IMG/VR virus record: IMGVR_UViG_3300030329_006380
Coordinates: 72,484 to 136,483 of that record
From: a virus
Length of the DNA: 64,000 nucleotides
Reading direction: 5' to 3' (one strand)
The translations under genes and the position numbers were made by a program. A model generated the notes under the pieces. It did no database searches. It was not told the origin of the DNA and saw nothing but the letters and a program-made list of their open reading frames with translations. Shown here piece after piece: positions 1-10,456 of the stretch (position 1 is its first letter; each line of letters begins with the position of its first letter).

Positions 1-192
1 GACTTTCTCAATCTCATAGCTTTCCTTGAGATCCAATAGTTTATTTTTTATAAATTCTGCTTTATGGAACAATGTTGGAAAGTGTCTTTTATTTCGCGTG
101 TCCCAAGCTTCGCAATATAAAATTTTTCCACTTTCATCAATTACTGTAGCGCCAGTGATGCTGGTACTAACGTCAAGGCCAAGAATATTCAT
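1..192 (-). CDS. RuvC-like Holliday junction resolvase (runs off the window start)
   Basis: Not in the ORF track. Manual translation from ATG 192 gives MNILGLDVSTSITGATVIDESGKILYCEAWD..., with the RNase H-fold ILGLD-x-S-x-x-x-TG first-strand motif. The start overlaps the upstream stop (TAATG). Confidence 0.75.
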   Translation of the reverse strand, partial: MNILGLDVSTSITGATVIDESGKILYCEAWDTRNKRHFPTLFHKAEFIKNKLLDLKESYEIEKV

Positions 193-1394
193 TATATATC
201 CAGTTTGAGTTTAAAGGTGTAAGAGTCGGCCTCTTTCTTCCGTACCGGATTGGCCAACTTCGCAATTGCAATTAAGTTTTTATTCTCATCATATATGCCG
301 ATTTTTGATATAAATGTTTGCTTGAGAAAACTAGCTGTTGGGTCCGGATAAGAACTACTAACAGTATTCTTAAATAAGACCTCTGGGTCTCGATAATAAG
401 TGGTATCATAGTCCGCAGAAGCTGTCCTGTGTTCATAATCAATATAGGTGGGATTAGCAGAATAATTCAAATGCATCTTTGGAGCATGCGCATACGCAGT
501 CATCGTACTAACATAATTACTGCCAGAAAAAGACAAACTAAAACTCGAACTGGGGAGCTTTGTCGATGTTGCACTAGTCGTTTTTGATCCAGTGGCAGCA
601 AAATATATCCATGCGGGGTTCTTTGCAGTGGCACCTGGTTTATAGTTCTCCCAAGTCAGCGAGGTTAACCTTGCGCTGCCAGTTAATATAAAAAATCCCT
701 CTTTGTATAGCGCTATGCCGGCGACACTGCCCGATTCAACGCTTCCTACCGGACCAGTCTGTATTAACTCTCCATTTTTATTTAAATCCTGTAGGCGGCT
801 AATCAAAGTTCCAGTTACAAAGAATTGTAAATCTATCGTCCCGCGCTTAATTGAAGACCCATAGAATATACTGGGTATGCTTATAAGATTTACGGCTGCA
901 CTGGCGAAGTCCCGCGCATGCGGGTGGCCATCTGAAGATGAAAAAGCGTAGTGCATGCTGTTTTTCGTATAGTAGTCTAGGACATTCTTAAGGGCAGTAA
1001 CGTGGGGGCGCGTGAGGTCGTCTTCTGCAAAAAACTCACGCGATATACTAGCTGTCATAGGATAATGAAATTTTTGTATGTCGGCCCAATCGTTAGTGGC
1101 GAAGGTACCAGTAGAAACAGTTCGAAATGAATTCCTAGATGAGTGTTTTTCTAGAAATGCATATGGCATGCAATCAGCCGGTCGGTCGACAACCATTTCA
1201 TACAAGCTTATACCCGGATGGCCATAAGCTATATCTGCACCGGTCATATGTAACACAGCATTATCAAAAGAGCCGGCTCGGTATGGTCTATGGTTATAAT
1301 ATATACTGCCGCTATATATAAAAAAATTAACGCTAGGATAGGTTTTTATTCTATTAACAAGAATATCATTTTCTTTAAATTTATAATAAGGCAT
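192..1394 (-). CDS. Virion structural protein (baseplate/tail-fibre attachment type), paralog of 1401..2537
   Basis: 400 aa. The C-terminal ISKIGIYDENKNLIAIAKLANPVRK resembles the C-terminal half of tail-collar/DUF3751-like domains. Lies in the structural operon. Confidence 0.6.
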   Translation of the reverse strand: MPYYKFKENDILVNRIKTYPSVNFFIYSGSIYYNHRPYRAGSFDNAVLHMTGADIAYGHPGISLYEMVVDRPADCMPYAFLEKHSSRNSFRTVSTGTFATNDWADIQKFHYPMTASISREFFAEDDLTRPHVTALKNVLDYYTKNSMHYAFSSSDGHPHARDFASAAVNLISIPSIFYGSSIKRGTIDLQFFVTGTLISRLQDLNKNGELIQTGPVGSVESGSVAGIALYKEGFFILTGSARLTSLTWENYKPGATAKNPAWIYFAATGSKTTSATSTKLPSSSFSLSFSGSNYVSTMTAYAHAPKMHLNYSANPTYIDYEHRTASADYDTTYYRDPEVLFKNTVSSSYPDPTASFLKQTFISKIGIYDENKNLIAIAKLANPVRKKEADSYTFKLKLDI

Positions 1395-1400
1395 AGCATA

Positions 1401-2537
1401 TCAGTAATCTAATCTAACCCGTAGAGTTAATTCATTTTCTGGTGTTTTCTTGATTGGCTCGCTTAATTTAGCAACTGCTAAAAGCTCATTGTCTTCTGAA
1501 TAAAGCCCAACTGTGGTGATATAAGTAACAGGAGGATCTGTTGATTGCTCCTTGACTCTTATTTGACTTCCGGTAAGATATGTTGGGTTTGAACTATAAT
1601 TAAAATCATTGTGATTGGCTCGACAGAAATATATTGCTGAATTTAGCTCTGTTGTGTTATTAAACTGAAGATTGTAAATTCTGGCTCTAACACCATTAGC
1701 AACAGTGTCAATAGTCGAAGCCGTAATGTGGTTAAAGCCGCTAGCGCCTAGGGACAGATTCATAATAGTAGTGCCGGCATCAGCGTTGTGTAAAAGGCCG
1801 CCGTCAGCCTCATCATTAAAAATGGACCCAGAGATAACTGCGATGCCGGCCTGATAATATATCAAACCAACCGCATGATATGCGTCTGTTTTAAGGGCAT
1901 TTTTCTGTGCAACACTAGAGGTTGCGTAAAGCACTCCATACTCGCCAGCGGGTGAATTTTTGAAGTAGCCGTCTGATCCACTATAATCAGTAATTTTTAC
2001 CCTTTGAGCGTTGTCAAAAAGATCCCCATCATAATCAAAAGCAGACGTTAAACCTAGTTCTAATTCAAATGTGCCTTTTTTAATTTCATCTTTAGTTAGT
2101 AAACGAGAGAAGTTTAAGAAAAACACATCGTCCATTTTGTTGGCCTCATCACCAACTCCCGGCGAGGATCCATCCATATCAAAGCGTCCAACACTGCCAG
2201 TTAAATCGTATCCAACCAATATTTGTGCCATCTGGTTGTAGATATTAATTTTTTTAGCCTGCTGGCTAGTTGTAGACCCTGAAATCCGTGAATTAGATGA
2301 AATACCACATGTAATATCAAATATATGATTAGCCGAAGAACTTAAATACGGATAATCATAAACGGACTGAAATTGTCCATGTGAAAAAGTTTTAATGTGT
2401 CTCTCACTCCCCAAAGCAGCATATGGATCACTACCATAAGTACCCGATATGATTGATCCTGTAATTGGGATCGCTTCGTGTAAAAGAGTCCTTGAGTCGA
2501 TAACATCATTATTGGTTAACATCTTAAAAGTAGACAT
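1401..2537 (-). CDS. Virion structural protein, paralog of 192..1394
   Basis: 378 aa. Shares IKKGTFEL/IKRGTIDL, FNYSSNPTY/LNYSANPTY and ITTVGLYSEDNELLAVAKLSEPIKK with the neighbouring gene. Confidence 0.6.
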   Translation of the reverse strand: MSTFKMLTNNDVIDSRTLLHEAIPITGSIISGTYGSDPYAALGSERHIKTFSHGQFQSVYDYPYLSSSANHIFDITCGISSNSRISGSTTSQQAKKINIYNQMAQILVGYDLTGSVGRFDMDGSSPGVGDEANKMDDVFFLNFSRLLTKDEIKKGTFELELGLTSAFDYDGDLFDNAQRVKITDYSGSDGYFKNSPAGEYGVLYATSSVAQKNALKTDAYHAVGLIYYQAGIAVISGSIFNDEADGGLLHNADAGTTIMNLSLGASGFNHITASTIDTVANGVRARIYNLQFNNTTELNSAIYFCRANHNDFNYSSNPTYLTGSQIRVKEQSTDPPVTYITTVGLYSEDNELLAVAKLSEPIKKTPENELTLRVRLDY

Positions 2538-2563
2538 ATTTTTTCCTCTAAACTATTGTCTTT

Positions 2564-3526
2564 TTAAGCTAGCTTAAAAAATCGTATTGGCAGATCTATT
2601 CTTTGACCGGTTACTGCTCCAGTTACCCGAATAACAGTATCGATTACCTTGCAACTTGTGTCTCCTGCGCCCATCTTAGCCGTTTTGCCTATTTTGTTAA
2701 ATAAAACATTGCTATCTGCTAAATCCGGGTGAGATCTAATTTTAAATTTTAATCTAGTCCCTTTACGGCCAGTGATTGGGCTCTTTCCTCCCTCATCTGC
2801 CTCGGGGACAACGCCGACAAAATTTCCGGCTGTTTTATTACTGATAAAGTATGTAGCGATTTTATCATCATCAACAAATGATGGTTCCGGCGAAGTTGTG
2901 TTTCCATCGCCATCTTGCTGTGGGCCGACAATCGATCCCAGCCGGTCATCGATTTCTATTAAATACGCAGAATCAATAAGCGAGTGGGGGAGTTGGCCAA
3001 CATTTTCCACAGTATCAACCAAGCCTTGATCGATCATAATATGAGTTGTTGAGTTCTTCGGTCGAACGCCATCCAGTACACCAGTTGAAGCTGGGGCCGC
3101 AGCATTTGCTGTTGTTTGTGTTCTTGTGGCTTCATTAACCGCAACACCAAATATATTATTACCAGATGGGCCGCCAACAGTTGCTAAAGATCCACCAGCC
3201 ATTCGTTGATTTGGTGCCTCTTCCTCATTCAACCTGAGAACCGGAAGGTACAGAATTTGTCGATTATTAATCGTCATTAATTTATGTTTCAGTGAGGCCC
3301 GATTATCTGTGAATGCTTCCAGCACCGGTGTCTGCATAATATCTAGATCGTAATAAGCTGAGCCGCTCGAATGATTTCTGTTATATGTGGTATAATCAAT
3401 CTCGTCATCCGAAAGTGCAAAATATTTTATACGAAAAGAGCCATCGCCCTTTGCGAGCCTCATTCTACCAGTATCAGTCAACACTGCATCCAGAATGATA
3501 TCGCCTGAGTTATCTAAAAAAGCCAT
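2564..3526 (-). CDS. Virion structural protein (baseplate-associated)
   Basis: 320 aa. N-terminus LDAVLTDTGRMRLAKGDGSFRIKYFALSDDEIDY is similar to the N-terminus of 10456..11553. SD-like AAGGAG upstream. Confidence 0.55.
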   Translation of the reverse strand: MAFLDNSGDIILDAVLTDTGRMRLAKGDGSFRIKYFALSDDEIDYTTYNRNHSSGSAYYDLDIMQTPVLEAFTDNRASLKHKLMTINNRQILYLPVLRLNEEEAPNQRMAGGSLATVGGPSGNNIFGVAVNEATRTQTTANAAAPASTGVLDGVRPKNSTTHIMIDQGLVDTVENVGQLPHSLIDSAYLIEIDDRLGSIVGPQQDGDGNTTSPEPSFVDDDKIATYFISNKTAGNFVGVVPEADEGGKSPITGRKGTRLKFKIRSHPDLADSNVLFNKIGKTAKMGAGDTSCKVIDTVIRVTGAVTGQRIDLPIRFFKLA

Positions 3527-3541
3527 GTCTTTCTCCTTAAT

Positions 3542-3550
3542 ATAAGTAGT
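3542..3550 (-). promoter_or_regulatory. Candidate late-promoter motif ACTACTTAT
   Basis: Instance of the recurrent intergenic (A/T)CTA(A/C/T)TTA(T/C) motif, just upstream of the SD of 2564..3526. Confidence 0.45.
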
Positions 3551-3558
3551 TTTTCTAT

Positions 3559-3567
3559 ATAATTAGT
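3559..3567 (-). promoter_or_regulatory. Candidate late-promoter motif ACTAATTAT
   Basis: Second copy of the same motif in the same 67-nt intergenic gap. Confidence 0.45.
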
Positions 3568-3593
3568 CATAAAAACCTTATATTTCTTATTTA

Positions 3594-6500
3594 TCAGCGA
3601 ATAATATCTGAAACAGGGGACTCTGCTGAAGTAGCCCTTCCTCTCATTCGCGCCTCCAGTTCTTCTAAGTTCACTTGTGGATCTTCGTAGCATGTCTCTT
3701 GTTGCACCGTTGGCTTGTGTATGTGCTTAAACTTAACATTAAAGTCTATTTTACGCCCTGTTGACTTAGATGTCAACCTAATTTTAAATTTTTGTCCATC
3801 CCAAATCGAATGATCACTGTCTCCCATCGTAACTGGTATCGAAGATAGCTGGTCTGTTAAATTATCATATCTAGTACCATCATCAATTTGTGCTTGAATG
3901 TCTAAAACTGCGTTTAAAGTTTCTTCACGAGCTTGCGTTTGATTGACCGACGGTGAAATATATATATATTTTCTGGCCGGTTTTATATAATTTACTTCTT
4001 CAATCGGGAATTCAATGATATCAATCCTAGGAAATACACCGCCATTGGTGTCAATTAATTCCACTTCAAAAACCGGAGATGGGTTTGATAAGTGACCATG
4101 CACGTCCTTAGACCTAAACATATAATAATATTTTATATTTGGTCGAATTGTTTCATCTAAAAAGTCTATAGTAGAGGCTTTGAGATCACAAAGTCTTTGA
4201 TGGTGATCAACTTCGATTGTTGTGGCAACCTCTGCTATCATATTATCTTTAAAATCAATATATGCTGACGGTCTAGATGTCATCCTATAGACAAAAAATG
4301 ACTCAATCCTGTCATCGCTGCGAAACATTATCGGAGAATCTTCAGGAAGCTCCTGTGCTTGTCTCACCGAGTCATACATGGCTTTTTCTATATCATTGAA
4401 TGCTATGGGGTGTTGTACTAATTTTCCGGGATTGTCACGTAAGAAAAAAGTCAACTTATCGGATCTTCCACGATGAGGTAATACCTCAACAACGGGCTGA
4501 CAAGGTGGACTATCCATTATAATGTTTTCAAATTCATGAAATGGAACTTCAACCATCTTTAAACAGGGTTCATAATGCACTTTGAATCTATAAGGATTAG
4601 TTAGATGTCTGGCATATTGATATTGTGTCCCATATACAACTTGATAAGCGTATACTTTATATCGATACTTTTCTCCATACTTAACTTGAGTATCTAACCA
4701 CTGCAGTACCTCTATTCTATTTGAATTAATTAAATAAAAATCTTGTATTTTTTCTTCTTTTTCTTCGCCGGCGACGCTAACTAGGGCATGCTTCTCTATC
4801 CTATAGAACATAGTCTCAGACTTGGCTTTCTTTCCGGCCATTATTTCTCGCCATGTTCTATTATATTGTTTCATCGAGCTTTTAATTTTTGCATTCATTA
4901 GAAATGAAAAAAGTTTTTGTTTAATTAAAGAGCCGGTTCTCAAAGAAGTGCTTGAATAAAACCAACTGCTGCCGCGGCTCAACTTAGAAAAGCCAAGATA
5001 AGTTATAATATCATCACTTACAAAATCATAGGTGTTGGTGCCCCTTTCTTTAAAAAGTTGCAGCCAATTATTGAGATCCCACACCCTTAACATTTGTTTT
5101 AGGTTTTGAGTGCCCAAGTCGGATGTAAGACTAGAAGTATTTATACCGGACTCTTGGCCTTGTACTATTTTATTATAAGCGCGCCATGTAAGAATATCTG
5201 TCTGGAGTACTGGTCTTCCGTCAATTATTCCTCTTTGCCGCTCGGATCTATTGCCCCTATCTTCTGCTTCAGGGATTCCCTGAATTATCTCCTTGATCAA
5301 GGGAACATCATAATCAAATTGAGTGAAACTACTCACTAAATCCGATTGATTAATCGGCGGAGTTTTAAAGTTAATTTCCAAAAACATAGGAAAATCATGT
5401 TTCTTCTGTAAACTAGCATTATTAACATGATTGGATGTGGATAGAAAATCAACTTCTCCCGAAAGCATAACCATGTTTTTTTGTTTTTCCTTAAGAGACT
5501 CTAAAGGTTCATCGTCCTCCGGATAAAAAAGCGAAAAAGCATCAAAAAGATTAATACCAAGTTTTAATTCCGGCCCTGTACCTGTTTGCTTAATTAAAAA
5601 ATTACTATCCATTATCTTGTTCAATGAAATTAGATTGTAAAGATCGGAGACTATTGGGGCCCAAAGATTGTCCCTCTTTACGCGTTCTATGAATGATAGC
5701 CAAACATAAAGGTTTGGTAGGGCGCGTTCTGGTATTGCTAGGTCTGAGATTCTATTTTCATATCTTCGAATATAATAATTATAGCGGCTAAAGGAATTAA
5801 AAACAAGCACATTTTTTAAATCCGGAAAGTCTTTAACAAAACGATCAGAAAATGGTAGGCTTATTTGAAACGTAGTATCGTAGTATATTTTATTTGGATT
5901 ATTCGGTATTGTCGGTCTAAAATTATTTTCAAAGCCTCCTATACAATATTTTTCAAACAACCCCATGTCACCATTGAAATATTGCTGCAGTCCTTCTTGT
6001 GTGGGTTGTATGTTCATCCTCTCAGTATCAGCCAGATCGGCAAAGGGCGTCGATGGCCAATTATCAATATCAACATAGTTTTCTGTCTCAGCCTCAGGAT
6101 CCTGACTCACATACCCTACACTAAAAACCCGTGGGACTGCCAAATCGAAACCGGTGCGTGTTCTGCGAATAGCACTTAGATCGTCCATCCACATTAATTT
6201 ATTATCTTGATATATCCACCCTTTCCTAGCCCTAAATCTAAAAATGTCCTCCATACTTGTCGTATCTAGGTGAGGATTCGTAGAGATCTGGCTCCACGGA
6301 ATAGCACTAACTTGCCCTCCGGGAGCTTTATCGTCACTAACTCCGCCTGGTATCAGACCTGCCGTAAAAACCTCGGGCCATGGCTGATAAAGGCCAACAT
6401 TTAAGGGGATCTGTCTCTCCTCTCCTATAGCAAATTCGCCATTGAATATTGCACTATCAATAAAAAGTGCATCTTGAGCGATGGATGTCGCCTCTGGTGA

Positions 6501-6635
6501 AAAACGTAATTCCGCATCTTCTACCAATACCGGGTCTGGCTCAACAGGAGCGGGTTCCGGAGGAAGCTCGGGCTCAGAAATCTCCGGAGGACATACCAAG
6601 GCTCTCAATCTTTGTAAAAATTCACTCTCTGCCAT
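3594..6635 (-). CDS. Large hypothetical virion protein with two FN3-like segments
   Basis: 1013 aa. WLDTQVKYGEKYRYKVYAY and FLDETIRPNIKYYYMFRSKDVHGHLSNPS resemble fibronectin-III C-terminal strands. Pro/Glu-rich N-terminus. Confidence 0.45.
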   Translation of the reverse strand: MAESEFLQRLRALVCPPEISEPELPPEPAPVEPDPVLVEDAELRFSPEATSIAQDALFIDSAIFNGEFAIGEERQIPLNVGLYQPWPEVFTAGLIPGGVSDDKAPGGQVSAIPWSQISTNPHLDTTSMEDIFRFRARKGWIYQDNKLMWMDDLSAIRRTRTGFDLAVPRVFSVGYVSQDPEAETENYVDIDNWPSTPFADLADTERMNIQPTQEGLQQYFNGDMGLFEKYCIGGFENNFRPTIPNNPNKIYYDTTFQISLPFSDRFVKDFPDLKNVLVFNSFSRYNYYIRRYENRISDLAIPERALPNLYVWLSFIERVKRDNLWAPIVSDLYNLISLNKIMDSNFLIKQTGTGPELKLGINLFDAFSLFYPEDDEPLESLKEKQKNMVMLSGEVDFLSTSNHVNNASLQKKHDFPMFLEINFKTPPINQSDLVSSFTQFDYDVPLIKEIIQGIPEAEDRGNRSERQRGIIDGRPVLQTDILTWRAYNKIVQGQESGINTSSLTSDLGTQNLKQMLRVWDLNNWLQLFKERGTNTYDFVSDDIITYLGFSKLSRGSSWFYSSTSLRTGSLIKQKLFSFLMNAKIKSSMKQYNRTWREIMAGKKAKSETMFYRIEKHALVSVAGEEKEEKIQDFYLINSNRIEVLQWLDTQVKYGEKYRYKVYAYQVVYGTQYQYARHLTNPYRFKVHYEPCLKMVEVPFHEFENIIMDSPPCQPVVEVLPHRGRSDKLTFFLRDNPGKLVQHPIAFNDIEKAMYDSVRQAQELPEDSPIMFRSDDRIESFFVYRMTSRPSAYIDFKDNMIAEVATTIEVDHHQRLCDLKASTIDFLDETIRPNIKYYYMFRSKDVHGHLSNPSPVFEVELIDTNGGVFPRIDIIEFPIEEVNYIKPARKYIYISPSVNQTQAREETLNAVLDIQAQIDDGTRYDNLTDQLSSIPVTMGDSDHSIWDGQKFKIRLTSKSTGRKIDFNVKFKHIHKPTVQQETCYEDPQVNLEELEARMRGRATSAESPVSDIIR

Positions 6636-6652
6636 CCGTTCACCTCTTCTTC

Positions 6653-9600
6653 CTAGTAATCACTAGCACCGCCTGTTGCTGGGCCCGTCATATATGTTGA
6701 TGTGTTGGTGGCTCGGGGGCCGACGCCAGTGTTAGTTATAGTTCGTTGCACCGTAGCTTGGGGTGCTGCCGTCTGTGTTGTGACGCTGTTTAAGTTATCC
6801 CTCAGAAATGCTCCTTCGATTGCTGATCCATGAACTTCGTATTTTCTAGACACACTAGCATTCCTAGAAATAATCGCTTCCGCCTTAAGTCCAGAGAGTG
6901 GCTTAGGTGGTCTAAACGTAGATGGGCGGAGAATAAAGTATTTATTATAAATAGGCATCTGTAGTTTGCTCGAAGAGTTGACACCAAACTCCGGCAACTC
7001 GTAGGGCACTAATCTACAAATAAACTCCTGATCGCTATTTGTTATCTGTTCCATCCATCTGGAAGTGATAGGCACCCAAATAGGGCGACTAATTGATTTC
7101 CCCATGTATCCGGATAATACCTCTACTCTAACTAGAGTTTGGTGTTTGAAATAAACCTCCAGTAGATCCTTGGTGTTGTTTTTAGCGTCCTTGGAGCCAT
7201 TAAAATAATTAGCACTACTATTCAGTGCATCAGTTTTGTTTTGTGCGCTTAGTATTAACGACTTGATTTGGTTTGGGAGATTCTGCACCTTACTAGTCAA
7301 CAGGTTTTTTCTTTCTGATTCTGTTGGGGCGCGGATGCCCGATTCTAAATCGGTCAAACCCTTGACTGGGCTAAATGTTCTGAAGGAATCCAGCGGCCGA
7401 ACACTGGATCTAGATGAAGAATCTTCCATCTGTTGCTTAGTATGAAAAATACTAGATTGTGCTAGATTAGCCAAGACTTCTGGCATAAAATTATTAGCAT
7501 CGTCTTCATTATGAATATCACCCAGTGCACTATCTAGCATGATTACCGGCAACTCTAGAGTTGTTTCTTTTGGCGTTGAAAAACAAGTACCAAAACTGGT
7601 GTTAAAAAAATCTTCTACATTAGCCGCAACTGTTGCAACGTTAGTGGCTGCCCTAGAGTTGCGCCATGGTGCGCGAGATTGACGCTGATTTAATATCGTT
7701 ACATTAACATTCGATTCATTTGCCAAGTGACCTGCCATGGAATCTGCCGCCATAATCTCTTCTCTTTGGGTGTCAGTAATTATCATCTTTTTATTGGACG
7801 GCACATTAGAGAGTTTCGGCGCCGTTCGCGGGATTGATGATAAAGAATTAGATGGCTGCGCAGATAAAATATCAGCAACAGCAGAAATACTAGCATTATT
7901 TTTAAAATTATCAACAGAAAAAGCTCTATTGGGGCTAGATCCGGGAGTTCTTATAATATTCGGTGATAAATAAGTATACCTTGTTCTTTCTGTGGAGTCC
8001 TCACCGTCGACACCATCAATTGAAAATGTTGTATCTGGTTTGAAATCCCTAGCAACCTCTTGTCGTGTCCTGTTGATATAATCTGCTGCAGTGAAAGCTG
8101 TGAGGCCCATACTAGTATTGCTAATTTGTCCGCCTTCGCGTTCGCGTTGATTCGCCATCTCGGTCGCTTGGCCTTTAAAGCTTTCAACCGGAGCCGTCGA
8201 TAAGAATTCCAATCCAGGAGACATAGTTTCTAAAATAGAAGTCACGTCGTTATTAAAATATTTTTTTAACTTAAAGGATCTAATGGAATGGTTCTTTAAA
8301 CGAGTAGTTCCCGATGCACCAGTTACTTCATCTGGCTCATGAGAAACCTTTGATTTTACATTGACTCCTATAGCACTCTCTATAATTTCTATAATTTGGT
8401 CAGTCATCTCTAAAACATCCAATATCCCATCGGGACTTCCAGAGCTATAGTGCACTGCATAAAACATCAATTCAATTCCGTTGGAGCCAGCAGAAAGAAA
8501 GCTCTCTAAAGTTTGGCCCGTTATGACATTAAAATACGCAGCCATGGATGTTATAGCTTCTTTTGCTAATTCGTTATAGCGCTGAAATTCTGCTAACTGA
8601 TGACCGGAAGAATTAAATCGATTTGTTTTACGGTTATAGTTCCCCCTCATAATCGAAAATTTATAATAAGCTGATAAAGATGCTCGGTGATTTTTAAGTT
8701 TGCTATAAATTTCCTGTAAATATCTAACCGATCCGTCTTCAATCTCCACCTCTACAGCATATTGGTAATTCCCATATCCCTTCTCTTTTAGTTCACCATC
8801 CACTCCAGTATATGTATAAATTCCCGAATTTGGGTTCCAGTTAACCTTACGAATGATGTTTTTAGAAAAGGAGCCCGATGGAACATGAACATTCATCGAT
8901 GCATCTGACAATAATCTAACCACAATATCTTCTTTCGGGTTGTTTCTATCAAAAGGAGTAAGGCCAGACTCTCCAAAAAGATTAATTGAGTCTCTAGCCT
9001 CTAGAGTCCTTTGAGAGTCATTCCTACCTCTCAATATTGCCGGCGCCTCTTTTACCCGCCGGCGAATCACATCGATCTTTTTAATTTTGAAATACTCTTC
9101 AATATCTCCGGGCACCCGAGACAGTACTTCCGGAAAAATACATTTGTCTTTTGCGGCAGTAATATAATCAAACTGAAACATAAACATGTGATTATCATAA
9201 TGATCGTTCGAGAGCCAAATATCAGAGAAATATGATTTCTCCTTGCTCCATTTATAATAATTCTTCCCTTTTGTCACTCTACGCATCATCGAGTCATGCA
9301 TCGATTTAAAAGCGGGGAAACGAAGTGAAATATTATTGCTGTATTTCTTAAACTTCTGAGATGCTCTTCTATCTTGTACCCTTGTATCGAAAACATCAAC
9401 TGCATATAAAAACCTTGAAGAATTACTGTGGCTTTGACCCGTCATCCAAGATCCATTTTCCATTTGATGCGCTGGTCCAGTATAAACTGATTCCGAACTA
9501 AGAGATGCTTCACTGAATAACGCTACGGATTTAGTATTTAACTTTTTATCATGAAAAACCGTTTTTGTTATGACTTGACTAGCCATTGAAGCTAACTCAA

Positions 9601-10456
9601 GAATTATGCTGGTGTTTTCGTTGGCGGCATCAAAAAGAGGGGGGTCATCAATCTCAGACATCAAGCCTGCATCTCTCATTAAGGAATTAACATCTAGGTA
9701 AGAAATAACAAAATAAGTTAAATGATTCGGAGTAAAAGCTGGAAGAGTTGTGTCCGTTGTCATTACCCTCTCTCGATCCTCTGGCTTAGCCAGCGAATAG
9801 GACACATCTGGGTCATGAGCATCGTCAAAGTTGAGTCTAAATCTATAACTGTAGACAGATTCCGATCCCGGCCCAGAAACCTGCATTATGTTCTCTTCTA
9901 TATCTTGCATGCTTATACTAAATAAATTCATATTGCGTGCGCGGCCAATTTTTAAGTCCTTTGCCCACCCCTCCACTAACTGCTTACTGTACAAAGATTT
10001 TTGATAATTATCCCAGTTAGCTGGAGTATTCAGAGTGCTGACTTTATAGGCGGCCAATTTCTTTATCATATAAGAATAACCAAAGGGAGCGTATTTAAAC
10101 ACATCAGCTTCTTTCCATAATTGCGTCATTTCAACATCAGTGCTCTGAATGGCTATAACTTTTATATAATCTTTAAAGGAATTAGGTGGGCCGTTTGGAT
10201 CTACTTTAACATCACCAAAGAGACCATGGTGTCTAGAAAAAAAATTATCATGACCAACTTTCTCTTTCACGCATAAATCCAGAGATACAGAAAGTCCAGG
10301 ATTGGTAGTCAATTCCTTATTAACTATTTCGGACCACTGTGCGCCGCCCGGATCTTGTGAAGATATTGTTTTCTCCTTAGAACTACGAGAGGTATCCAAA
10401 GTGATTTTATCAATATAAGCTGTCGGGGCGCCATGGCCATGCAATAATTCAGTCAT
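6653..10456 (-). CDS. Large hypothetical protein, probably structural
   Basis: 1267-aa ORF coupled to the upstream gene within the structural operon. No recognisable catalytic motif. Confidence 0.45.
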   Translation of the reverse strand: MTELLHGHGAPTAYIDKITLDTSRSSKEKTISSQDPGGAQWSEIVNKELTTNPGLSVSLDLCVKEKVGHDNFFSRHHGLFGDVKVDPNGPPNSFKDYIKVIAIQSTDVEMTQLWKEADVFKYAPFGYSYMIKKLAAYKVSTLNTPANWDNYQKSLYSKQLVEGWAKDLKIGRARNMNLFSISMQDIEENIMQVSGPGSESVYSYRFRLNFDDAHDPDVSYSLAKPEDRERVMTTDTTLPAFTPNHLTYFVISYLDVNSLMRDAGLMSEIDDPPLFDAANENTSIILELASMASQVITKTVFHDKKLNTKSVALFSEASLSSESVYTGPAHQMENGSWMTGQSHSNSSRFLYAVDVFDTRVQDRRASQKFKKYSNNISLRFPAFKSMHDSMMRRVTKGKNYYKWSKEKSYFSDIWLSNDHYDNHMFMFQFDYITAAKDKCIFPEVLSRVPGDIEEYFKIKKIDVIRRRVKEAPAILRGRNDSQRTLEARDSINLFGESGLTPFDRNNPKEDIVVRLLSDASMNVHVPSGSFSKNIIRKVNWNPNSGIYTYTGVDGELKEKGYGNYQYAVEVEIEDGSVRYLQEIYSKLKNHRASLSAYYKFSIMRGNYNRKTNRFNSSGHQLAEFQRYNELAKEAITSMAAYFNVITGQTLESFLSAGSNGIELMFYAVHYSSGSPDGILDVLEMTDQIIEIIESAIGVNVKSKVSHEPDEVTGASGTTRLKNHSIRSFKLKKYFNNDVTSILETMSPGLEFLSTAPVESFKGQATEMANQREREGGQISNTSMGLTAFTAADYINRTRQEVARDFKPDTTFSIDGVDGEDSTERTRYTYLSPNIIRTPGSSPNRAFSVDNFKNNASISAVADILSAQPSNSLSSIPRTAPKLSNVPSNKKMIITDTQREEIMAADSMAGHLANESNVNVTILNQRQSRAPWRNSRAATNVATVAANVEDFFNTSFGTCFSTPKETTLELPVIMLDSALGDIHNEDDANNFMPEVLANLAQSSIFHTKQQMEDSSSRSSVRPLDSFRTFSPVKGLTDLESGIRAPTESERKNLLTSKVQNLPNQIKSLILSAQNKTDALNSSANYFNGSKDAKNNTKDLLEVYFKHQTLVRVEVLSGYMGKSISRPIWVPITSRWMEQITNSDQEFICRLVPYELPEFGVNSSSKLQMPIYNKYFILRPSTFRPPKPLSGLKAEAIISRNASVSRKYEVHGSAIEGAFLRDNLNSVTTQTAAPQATVQRTITNTGVGPRATNTSTYMTGPATGGASDY

